This document shows, piece by piece, positions 10,499 to 17,459 of a stretch of DNA of 52,818 bases. The notes under the pieces were generated by a model, which did no database searches, was not told the DNA's origin, and saw only the letters and a list, made by a program, of their open reading frames with translations. Each line of letters opens with the position of its first letter. Positions within the stretch are counted from its first letter, which is position 1. Source of the stretch: a virus (taxonomy: Duplodnaviria; Caudoviricetes). The DNA lies in IMG/VR virus record IMGVR_UViG_3300037440_000405, positions 1-52,818 of that record; one strand, written 5' to 3'. The position numbers and the translations under genes are program-made.

Positions 10499-10833
10499 GA
10501 CGCCGGTCCGTCGGTTTGCTGGTCCGGGTGTGGCCGGGTACTTGGGAGCCTGATTCCCCGCTGGCCGTCACCAGCGGGTACTAGGGCCTCTTTTCCCCGG
10601 CCCCCGGCGCCCGGCGTCCCGGGCGAGTCCGTGGCCGACTCGGTGTCGGTGAACCAGTCGCGCAGGGTCTCGTACGACACCCGCACTCTGGTCCGATGAC
10701 TCAGCTCAACTGCCAGCGCGCGCCAACTCACAGGTGGGCGGACGTCGGGCCGGCGCCGCTCGTCGATCCACTCAGCGAGGGATTCGCCGAGCCTGAATTC
10801 CACGAGTTGGTAGAGCGGGGTGGGCTGCGTCAT
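10495..10833 (-). CDS. Cro-like HTH protein
   Basis: SWRALAVELS...VSYETLRDW HTH; divergent from the repressor. Confidence 0.7.
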   Translation of the reverse strand: MTQPTPLYQLVEFRLGESLAEWIDERRRPDVRPPVSWRALAVELSHRTRVRVSYETLRDWFTDTESATDSPGTPGAGGRGKEALVPAGDGQRGIRLPSTRPHPDQQTDGPAS

Positions 10834-10964
10834 GACACGAACTCTGACACGTGGCCGCGTGGCTTGTCAATGGCAACCCGCTAGGACTAATGGCCAGAGA
10901 ACGTGGCACGATCAGCTGACATCCACCCTTGACAATCGGCTTGGCACTGCGTCAAGGTTTTGAC
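10834..10964. promoter_or_regulatory. Divergent immunity promoters/operators, both apparently leaderless
   Basis: Plus strand: TTGACA(10929)-N18-CAAGGT-N6-ATG(10965). Minus strand: TTGACA(10870)-N18-CAGAGT-N7-ATG(10833). Each promoter holds TGAC-N17-GTCA. Confidence 0.7.
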
Positions 10965-11459
10965 ATGGAGACGACAGTCGCGCCGGTGGCCACCAAGCGG
11001 GCCATACCAGCCGACACGTTCGCAGCCCGGCTCATGCTGGCCAGGGCGCACGCAGGTCACCTGTCGATCCGAGAGGCAGCCGACAGGTGTGGGCTGGGGC
11101 GTGGGGCATGGACAAACTGGGAACGCGGGGCACTACCCGTCGGCGAGGGTCAGATCGTCAAGATCATCTCTGAGAGTCTCGGCGTGGACCGGGACTGGCT
11201 GCTGTTCGGCGGCCCGCTCGCCCAGCCCGAACGGCGTGGCCCGCGCACCATCACACGCCGCCGCACGCTTAACAAGACCTATGCGACACCGGCCGTCCGG
11301 ACGAGCGGGCCGCGGTCCCAGCGGGCGCTACTCGCCCCCGGGCATGCCACCGGGCGTCACCCGACCGGCCGACCCGCGTCCGCTACGTCCGGCACAACCC
11401 CGGCGGAGCTCCGCCGTCCGGCCATCACCGGCCACACCCACTCCGGTAGCAGCACGTGA
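10965..11459 (+). CDS. XRE-family immunity repressor with a long low-complexity C-terminal tail
   Basis: LSIREAADRCGLGRGAWTNWERG...LGVDRDWLLFG; upstream of the integrase, divergent from cro. Confidence 0.85.
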   Translation: METTVAPVATKRAIPADTFAARLMLARAHAGHLSIREAADRCGLGRGAWTNWERGALPVGEGQIVKIISESLGVDRDWLLFGGPLAQPERRGPRTITRRRTLNKTYATPAVRTSGPRSQRALLAPGHATGRHPTGRPASATSGTTPAELRRPAITGHTHSGSST

Positions 11460-12259
11460 CCGTCACCGCACACTCTGATCTGATGCACTCGGATCTGCTC
11501 GAGGAGTACCTGGCAGACCTGGCGCACAACGCATCCCCCGGCACCGTCGCCACCTACACCACCGTGCTGCGGCTGGCCCACCGCCACCTGCCCGCCGGTG
11601 TCGTCGTCGCCACCACCGCCGAGCTCCGGGCGTGGCTCGTCTCCCGCGACTGGACGCCGGCCACCCGCTCCACCTACCGGGCCGCGTTACGCGGCCTCCA
11701 CAAGTGGCTGGTCGACCGGGACTACTCAGACTATGACCCCAGTGCCCGGCTGCCCCGGGTCAAGATCCCCTACCGATTGCCGAACCCGACCACCGACGAT
11801 GAGACCCGCCGGCTGCTCGCCTCACCTGAGCCGGTCGGCCGGTGGGCGCTGGTCGCCGCGTACACCGGCGCCCGGTGCATCGAGATCTCCCGGCTACGAC
11901 GCGAGGACGTCAGCCAGGAGTCGGTCCGGCTGGACGGCAAGGGCGACAAGGAGCGCCTCGTACCATGCCACCCGCTGATCTGGGCAGAGCTCCGCGACCT
12001 CGACGGACTGCTCGCAGCCGGGTGCACGGCGAAGATGGTCAGCGACCGCTGCCGGCACCGCTGCCGGCGGCTGCACATCACCGGCGGGCTCCACCGGCTC
12101 CGCGCCTGGTACGCGACCACCCTGCTCGCCGGCGGCGCCAACCTGCGCACCGTGCAAGAACTCCTCGGGCACACATCGCCGACGACCACCCAGGTGTACA
12201 CGCTGGTCCCGCCGGAGTCGCTGCGAGCCGCGGTCAACGGCCTGCCCGACCTGGCGTGA
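11456..12259 (+). CDS. int: Tyrosine integrase/recombinase, short (267 aa, no arm-binding domain)
   Basis: Catalytic R (TGAR), K (GKGDKER), HRLR, LLGH and Y (TTQVY). Confidence 0.93.
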   Translation: MTVTAHSDLMHSDLLEEYLADLAHNASPGTVATYTTVLRLAHRHLPAGVVVATTAELRAWLVSRDWTPATRSTYRAALRGLHKWLVDRDYSDYDPSARLPRVKIPYRLPNPTTDDETRRLLASPEPVGRWALVAAYTGARCIEISRLRREDVSQESVRLDGKGDKERLVPCHPLIWAELRDLDGLLAAGCTAKMVSDRCRHRCRRLHITGGLHRLRAWYATTLLAGGANLRTVQELLGHTSPTTTQVYTLVPPESLRAAVNGLPDLA

Positions 12260-12286
12260 CGCGATGTGTTACCGTGACGAACGCAC

Positions 12287-12353
12287 CTCCCGGTGCGAAG
12301 CAGGTCGGATACTTCGCGAAAAGAATCCCGGCCAGCGATCTTGATCTCGGGAG
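12287..12353 (+). ncRNA. Short Y RNA (Ro-binding, YrlB-like)
   Basis: Terminal stem CUCCCG/CGGGAG, Ro-helix-like GGUGCGA.../CUUGAUCU, inner stem GCAGGUCGG/CCGGCCAGC; motifs shared with the next RNA; upstream of the TROVE gene; candidate -10 TACCGT at 12270. Confidence 0.7.
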
Positions 12354-12369
12354 ACGCCACAACTTCAGA

Positions 12370-12514
12370 TGCTGTGCCCGGTGCGTAGGAGACGGTTACT
12401 TCTCCTTTTAAGAGAGTGGTTGCAGGTTCGAGTCCTGTCGGCGACTTCGGCCGCTGTAGCTCAATCGGTAGAGCACTTTGTCACCGGTTCCGACCTTGAT
12501 CTCGGGCACCAGCA
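12370..12514 (+). ncRNA. yrlA: YrlA-type Y RNA with a circularly permuted tRNA-like domain
   Basis: Terminal stem GUGCCCG/CGGGCAC; T arm GCAGG-UUCGAGU-CCUGU precedes an acceptor-like stem capped by CUUCGG, then D arm UAGCUCAAUCGGUAGAGCA; adjacent to Ro60. Confidence 0.88.
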
Positions 12515-12518
12515 CTGG

Positions 12519-12552
12519 AACGGGCTCCTCCCCAGACGGAGAGGAGCCCGTT
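12519..12552 (+). promoter_or_regulatory. 12-bp hairpin occluding the Ro60 Shine-Dalgarno
   Basis: AACGGGCTCCTC/GAGGAGCCCGTT perfect inverted repeat; GAGGAG lies 9 nt before ATG 12556. Confidence 0.7.
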
Positions 12553-12555
12553 GTC

Positions 12556-14139
12556 ATGACCAAGTTCAACCGGCCCACCACCCGCTCCGCGATCGGCAAC
12601 TCGTCGATCATCACCGCCGAGCAGTCGACCGGGACGACCTACGAGGGTGCGCCCGGCTACGCCCGCGACGCCAAGGGTGAACTGTTCCTGCTGGCCATCT
12701 CGAACCTGGTCGGGGAAGCGACGTTCTACGAGAAGTCCGGCGACCGCGACCAGCGGTACCGCGAGTTGGTACGCCAGGTGGCCATCGCCGACGCGGAATG
12801 GATGCTGTCGTTCCTGAGCTGGCTGCGTGGCGAGGGCAACATGCGCTCGGCCTCGCTGGTCGCCTCGGCCGAGGCGGTCAAGGCCCGGCTGGACGTGATC
12901 CGCGCCGGGCTTGAGGCCGCCAACGGTGCCCGCAACCGGCAGATGATCGACGCCGTGTTGCTGCGCGCCGACGAGCCGGGCGAGATGCTGGCCTACTGGA
13001 CCTCCCGGTACGGCCGGGCGATCCCGAAGCCGATCAAGCGTGGCGTCGGCGATGCGGTGCGGCGGCTGTACTCGGAGCGGAATCTGCTCAAGTACGACAC
13101 CAACTCCCGCGGGTTCCGGTTCGGCGACGTGCTCGATCTGTGCCACCCGCGGCCGGCCGCGCCGTGGCAGGGCGACCTGTTCCGGCTGGCGTTGGACCGC
13201 AGGCACGGACGCCCGGCGGTGGAGGAGGACAGCCTGCCCATCATCGTCCGTAACCGTGGCCTGCGTGAGGCCGCCGACGCTGAGCCGGACGTGCTGCTCA
13301 ACCCCGACGCGCTGCGAGACGCCGGCATGACGTGGGAGGACGCGCTGTCGCTGGTCGGTTCACGGGTGGACAAGCGGGCGTTGTGGGAGGCGCTGATCCC
13401 GTCCATGGGGTACATGGCGTTGCTGCGCAACCTACGCAACTTCGACCAGGCGGAGGTCTCCGACGACATCGCCGCGACCGTGGCAGCACGGCTTGCGGAC
13501 CCGGAGCAGGTCGCCCGGTCGCGGCAGTTCCCGTTCCGGTTCCTCGCCGCATACCGGCATGCCCCGTCGCTGCGCTGGGGTCACGCCCTGGACCGGGCGC
13601 TCACCGCTTCGCTGGCGAACCTGCCGGAGTTGCCCGGCCGGACACTCGTTCTGGTTGACCGGTCCGGCTCGATGTTCGGCCGCATGTCCGGCCGGTCGGA
13701 GTTGGACTTCGCCGACTCCGCGACGATCTTCGGCGCGGCGTTGGCGATGCGGAACCTGGGCCGGGTGGACCTGGTGCAGTTCGGCTCCGGATCGCAGCCG
13801 GTGCCGGTGCAGCGCGGCGAATCACTGCTCAAGATCCTCGACCGATTCGTCGGCATGGGGGGTACGGAGACCGCGGCGGCCGCGCAGCGCCACTACGGCG
13901 GGCACGACCGGGTTGTCGTCGTCACCGACGAGCAGGCGTGGTCCGGTTACGGCAACCCCGGCGATCACGTGCCGGGACAGATCCCGCTGTATACGTTCAA
14001 CCTCGTCGGATACCAGCACGGGCACCAGGGTGGAGGGGTCAACCGGGTCACGGTCGGCGGTGGCTTGACCGACCATGCGTTCCGGCTGATCCCGCTCCTG
14101 GAGGCGGGGAAGTCGGGTACGTGGCCCTGGGATAGCTGA
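12556..14139 (+). CDS. rsr: Ro60/Rsr TROVE-domain RNA-binding protein with a C-terminal vWA domain (527 aa)
   Basis: TYEGAPGY, LFLLA..NLVGE.TFYE, LLKYD, MGYMALLRNLRNF, SRQFPFRF; MIDAS motif VDRSGSM...GGT...TDEQ. Confidence 0.95.
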   Translation: MTKFNRPTTRSAIGNSSIITAEQSTGTTYEGAPGYARDAKGELFLLAISNLVGEATFYEKSGDRDQRYRELVRQVAIADAEWMLSFLSWLRGEGNMRSASLVASAEAVKARLDVIRAGLEAANGARNRQMIDAVLLRADEPGEMLAYWTSRYGRAIPKPIKRGVGDAVRRLYSERNLLKYDTNSRGFRFGDVLDLCHPRPAAPWQGDLFRLALDRRHGRPAVEEDSLPIIVRNRGLREAADAEPDVLLNPDALRDAGMTWEDALSLVGSRVDKRALWEALIPSMGYMALLRNLRNFDQAEVSDDIAATVAARLADPEQVARSRQFPFRFLAAYRHAPSLRWGHALDRALTASLANLPELPGRTLVLVDRSGSMFGRMSGRSELDFADSATIFGAALAMRNLGRVDLVQFGSGSQPVPVQRGESLLKILDRFVGMGGTETAAAAQRHYGGHDRVVVVTDEQAWSGYGNPGDHVPGQIPLYTFNLVGYQHGHQGGGVNRVTVGGGLTDHAFRLIPLLEAGKSGTWPWDS

Positions 14140-14141
14140 GA

Positions 14142-14175
14142 TTGGCCGCCCCCGGCCAACGTCGGGGGCGGTCAA
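14142..14175. terminator. Hairpin between convergent genes (likely bidirectional terminator)
   Basis: TTGGCCGCCCCCGG/TCGGGGGCGGTCAA inverted repeat right after the Ro60 stop. Confidence 0.65.
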
Positions 14176-14483
14176 CGGCCTGCCGGACCTGGCCGGATGA
14201 CCGGCCGGCGCTGCTCCGGCCGTAGCTCGGCGGTCACCGGCAACGGGGCGTCGCCGGCGATGACCACCCGCGGTATCCGCTGCGGATCCAGGTGGCCGGG
14301 GTGGCCGACGACCAGCAGGTCGAGCAGCCCGGCATGCAGCAGCTGCCGCACATCACCCCAATGGCGGACGACGGCGGCCAACTCCCACCCGTGGAGCTCC
14401 ACGGTCTCCGCGCAGATGGCCATCCAGCGGTGCAGCTCGAGCCCGGTCGGCACGTAGATAACGGAGCGCAGAGGGTCACCCAT
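14172..14483 (-). CDS. Hypothetical protein resembling a degenerate serine-recombinase N-terminal domain
   Basis: VIYV...C...GWELAAV...LLHAGLLDLLVV pattern; no catalytic YxRxS. Confidence 0.4.
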   Translation of the reverse strand: MGDPLRSVIYVPTGLELHRWMAICAETVELHGWELAAVVRHWGDVRQLLHAGLLDLLVVGHPGHLDPQRIPRVVIAGDAPLPVTAELRPEQRRPVIRPGPAGR

Positions 14484-14631
14484 TCGGGTGACCCTGCTCG
14501 GCGAGGAACCGCTCCAGGGCGGCCATGACCAGCCCGGAGACCGGCATCCGGTGGGCCCGGGCGTACCGCTCCGCCCGCTCCCACAGCGGCAAGTCGTCCT
14601 CGCGGACGTAGATGGTCGTCTGCCTGCCCAT
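14476..14631 (-). CDS. Ribbon-helix-helix DNA-binding protein (51 aa; not in the ORF track)
   Basis: Hand translation MGRQTTIYVREDDLPLWERAERYARAHRMPVSGLVMAALERFLAEQGHPNG. Confidence 0.7.
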   Translation of the reverse strand: MGRQTTIYVREDDLPLWERAERYARAHRMPVSGLVMAALERFLAEQGHPNG

Positions 14632-14756
14632 ATGGATGACACTTAACCCGCATGGGGGTATGCGTGTCCCCGGATACGCGATACCGTGCGCTGTGCGGCC
14701 CGGCCGTCACACGCTGCCCGGCGTAACCGCCGGGCCGCACCCCAGGAGGAGGAGCC

Positions 14757-15002
14757 GTGGCAGACGGGGTTGGCGCACCCGGCAGCCCGTGGGCGGAGGC
14801 GGCGGACGTGTGCGCCCGGCCGTGGCCGTCGCGAGTCGAGGCGCTGGAGCAGGCGGCGTGGCTGCGCCGGGACGACTGGGCGGTGCCGGCATCGACGGGG
14901 CCGGGTGTGCCGCGGGAGGATGGCACGGTGGTCGTCGCGTCGGTGTACGACCCGCGGGACTGGTCGAGCCCCGGGGACATCAGCTACGTGGTCGAGGTGT
15001 AG
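14757..15002 (+). CDS. Hypothetical protein
   Basis: Strong AGGAGGAG SD before GTG. Confidence 0.55.
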   Translation: MADGVGAPGSPWAEAADVCARPWPSRVEALEQAAWLRRDDWAVPASTGPGVPREDGTVVVASVYDPRDWSSPGDISYVVEV

Positions 15003-15222
15003 CCCGGTCAGGACCACGGGAGTTGGCGTACGTCGTCGGCGATGTGCTCCGCGGTCCGCTGCGCCAAGACGGCATGGCCGTACACGTCCTGCGCCGCGGC
15101 CCGCAGCCGCAGCCGCCACAGCACGTCCCCCACGGCCATCCACCACGCGGCGCGGAACTGGGCGGTCCGGTAGGCGAGTAGCCAGGTAGCCGGCCACATG
15201 TTCTCGGGCGGGTCCAGGTCGC

Positions 15223-15636
15223 TCACGTGGTCACCTCCGCCGGCTGCCACGCCGGGTTGTAGTCTGGGTGGGCGGCGTACGGCGCGGCCATCTTCTGCAA
15301 GATCCAGCGACCGAAGTCGCCCATCATGTGCTCCCCGGGCCGACCTAGGTTGCCGCCTCGGTCGACCTGACACATCTTGAGCATTTCTGTACAGTCGGCG
15401 ATGATCGCCCGCTTGGCCGCGACCTCGGCCAGCACCCGCGCCGGGTCGTGGCAGGCGATGTGGATCGCGGCGTTACGTGGTGCCACGACTAGGCCGTCGA
15501 GGTCACCACCAGCTACCTGGACGACGCCGGTACACGGTATATCCCACTCGCGGTAGCCGTCGCCGTCATAGGCCGCCTCCGCGTCGCGCTGTTCCTCGTC
15601 GTACCGGGTGCGTAGGAACTCGATCAGGGTGGTCAT
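15223..15636 (-). CDS. DUF6221-like actinobacterial protein
   Basis: LIEFLRTR..E...HIACHDPARVLAEVAAKRAII...APYAAHPDY pattern. Confidence 0.7.
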   Translation of the reverse strand: MTTLIEFLRTRYDEEQRDAEAAYDGDGYREWDIPCTGVVQVAGGDLDGLVVAPRNAAIHIACHDPARVLAEVAAKRAIIADCTEMLKMCQVDRGGNLGRPGEHMMGDFGRWILQKMAAPYAAHPDYNPAWQPAEVTT

Positions 15637-15863
15637 GCCGGGTGGTCCTCTCGTACCGGCTCCCACTCGGTCTCAGTAACCGTGCGCCGACTCAAGTGGG
15701 GGCCATCCTGCCAGCCGATGCCATCGGCGATTAGCTCGATGAAACTCCGCGCTGCCTTCTCGGGGTCCTGGTCGGGAGTTTGTCGCCGAGACCAGGTGAA
15801 ATCGTAGGCCGGATAGCCGTTGCCAGGCTCCCCGGTCACCCGCCACTCCTCGTATGTCGTCAT
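15633..15863 (-). CDS. Hypothetical protein flanked by 21-bp direct repeats
   Basis: MTTYEEWRV...VREDHPA; ATGA overlaps. Confidence 0.6.
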   Translation of the reverse strand: MTTYEEWRVTGEPGNGYPAYDFTWSRRQTPDQDPEKAARSFIELIADGIGWQDGPHLSRRTVTETEWEPVREDHPA

Positions 15864-16041
15864 GCCGGGTGGTCCTCTCTGACGCGCAGCACGGCGCAAC
15901 GGCGCAACCACTCCTCCATCGCCTCCAGCCGCTCGACCGTCCGACCGTCGGGCAAGGTGATGCGGACGACCTTGCGCGGCGACACGAACAGGATGGTGTC
16001 CTCGGCTACGGCGTCGCTCTCGATGATGCTGTCGAACAAGC

Positions 16042-16404
16042 TCACCATGTCTCCCCCATCTGCTGATCGAGGGAAATCCGGCCGATCTGGTCCAGCCTGT
16101 CGCGCAGCCACAACACTTCACGCTCCGCCTTCGCGGCACGCTGCTCAGCCTTCGCCGCCCGCTGCTCAGCCTTCGCCGCCCGCTGCACCAGGTCTTCGCT
16201 GGCGCCACGCTCCTGCGCGGCGAGCACGGCGTTGGCGGCTTTCGCCGGCAGGCCGCAGTACGGGCATTTATCGCCGCTGCGGAACGCCTCGTGGATATCT
16301 GAGGTGTACGAGTCGCACGCGGGGCAGATCGCCTTGTCGCTCACGTGGCACCCCCGTATCGGATGGAGATCATGCCGTCTCTCCTTCGGTGGGAGCGTGC
16401 CCAT
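16042..16404 (-). CDS. Zn-finger plus coiled-coil hypothetical protein (start uncertain)
   Basis: CPAC and CPYC; QRAAKAE heptad x3 encoded by a 21-bp tandem repeat at about 16127-16186. Confidence 0.6.
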   Translation of the reverse strand: MGTLPPKERRHDLHPIRGCHVSDKAICPACDSYTSDIHEAFRSGDKCPYCGLPAKAANAVLAAQERGASEDLVQRAAKAEQRAAKAEQRAAKAEREVLWLRDRLDQIGRISLDQQMGETW

Positions 16405-16876
16405 GGTGACGGCGCACGTAGCCGACCACTTCTGCCTGGATCACATCCATCACGGTCATGCCATGCTGGCGGGCGATCTCTGAGACTTGAGCCCAGACCG
16501 ACTTGACCGGTCGGCGACCCTTGGTTGAGGTGATGTGCTTGCCGTCCGCTTCCGGGATGACCGGGTTACAGATGGGTCTGTGTCGGCGAAGTTCCGCCGT
16601 CTCCGCCCGAATTGCTTCCCGGTGATTCGGGAACCATCTGATCTCGTGTCTCTCAACCATTGGCCACCACGCATCCTCCTGCATGCACTTGTGGCTCGCC
16701 AATCGGTTCCTCGGGTTCCTGCTGCAGCCGATGTACAAGATCAGGTCGCACGGACCGTAGATCCAGTAAACGGCGTGAGGCTGAGCGCGTGGCCGGTGTG
16801 GATCAAGTATGTTATCTTCCAACTCTTCCTGAAGATCGCAGATTTCATCCCGCGTCCAGGTCTGCAGCTGGCCCAC
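16370..16876 (-). CDS. GIY-YIG nuclease-family protein with a possible C-terminal RHH
   Basis: AVYWIY...LYIGCSRNPRNRLASH...WW...E motif; GTG overlaps the upstream TAG. Confidence 0.75.
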   Translation of the reverse strand: MGQLQTWTRDEICDLQEELEDNILDPHRPRAQPHAVYWIYGPCDLILYIGCSRNPRNRLASHKCMQEDAWWPMVERHEIRWFPNHREAIRAETAELRRHRPICNPVIPEADGKHITSTKGRRPVKSVWAQVSEIARQHGMTVMDVIQAEVVGYVRRHHGHAPTEGETA

Positions 16877-17094
16877 TAGTCGCCTGCCTTCAAGTCGGTT
16901 CGGCTCCCAGGCCCCGGCCGGTTCTGCAACCACTGGTCGAGCGTGCTCTTGCGCCACACTGGTACGGCGTGGCCACCCTTGATCTCGCGACGGTCGGGTG
17001 GCGGGGCCTGCCGACGTGCCACGTACGGCCGCCAGGCATTGACCGACACGCCGACGTACGCGGCGGCGGCCTCGTTGCCGATCAACTCTTCCAT
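16876..17094 (-). CDS. Small MerR/AlpA/excisionase-like HTH protein
   Basis: IGNEAAAAYVGVSVNAWRPYV...PPPD...PVWRKSTLDQW. Confidence 0.8.
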   Translation of the reverse strand: MEELIGNEAAAAYVGVSVNAWRPYVARRQAPPPDRREIKGGHAVPVWRKSTLDQWLQNRPGPGSRTDLKAGD

Positions 17095-17100
17095 GCCTCA

Positions 17101-17202
17101 ACTCTACACCGCGTGGTGGCCGGAGAGACCTAGCACCGCGCGGTGTGATGTACACCACATTCTCTATTTCGGCTTGCATCAGTACACCGCGCGGTGTACG
17201 CT
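17101..17202. promoter_or_regulatory. Second divergent promoter pair with three palindromic operators (CACCGCGYGGTG)
   Basis: Sites at 17107-17118, 17134-17145 and a perfect 18-bp GTACACCGCGCGGTGTAC at 17182-17199; plus-strand TTGCAT-N17-TACGCT; minus-strand TAGAGT shortly before the HTH ATG. Confidence 0.8.
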
Positions 17203-17300
17203 TATCCCATAAGCAAGAACAACTACACAGGGGTTCCGGGCCAAACGAGAAAAGCGGCCACCGCGGGTAGAACCGCCAGGGACAAGAGCAAGAGGGCCTA

Positions 17301-17459
17301 CGCCCTCAAGGCACCATCACCTCCACTCTCAGCGAACCGCAACGAGCGGGGAAGCCGCGCAGATGCGGCGACAGGCCGACGATCTGAGAGCCGGCCAAGT
17401 CGCACCTGCTCCTCCTACGGGACCAGATGCAGCGCAACGGTGGTGGTGCCTTGAGGACG
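17301..17459 (+). ncRNA. Candidate structured RNA / leader of unknown class
   Basis: CCTCAAGGCACCATCACC (17304-21) pairs with GGTGGTGGTGCCTTGAGG (17439-56); nested CTCTCAG/CTGAGAG and GCCGC/GCGGC stems. Confidence 0.6.

Noticed and set aside
12400-12475. A conventional tRNA-Lys gene or tRNA-derived attP next to the integrase
   Set aside because: Arm order is permuted (T arm before D arm), the acceptor is closed by a UUCG loop with no CCA, and it is embedded in a Ro-binding stem. This fits a Y RNA better.
12287-12514. CRISPR-like repeat-spacer array
   Set aside because: Only two units with internal base-pairing and no cas operon; the Cas4-like nuclease sits with ERF/RusA as a recombination exonuclease
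12478-12555. Longer N-terminus for Ro60 given by the ORF track
   Set aside because: Overlaps the Y RNA; the SD and typical MTKFN start support ATG 12556
17337-17348. CCGCAACGAGCG matches a conserved 16S rRNA segment
   Set aside because: Only 12 nt with no flanking rRNA similarity; likely chance
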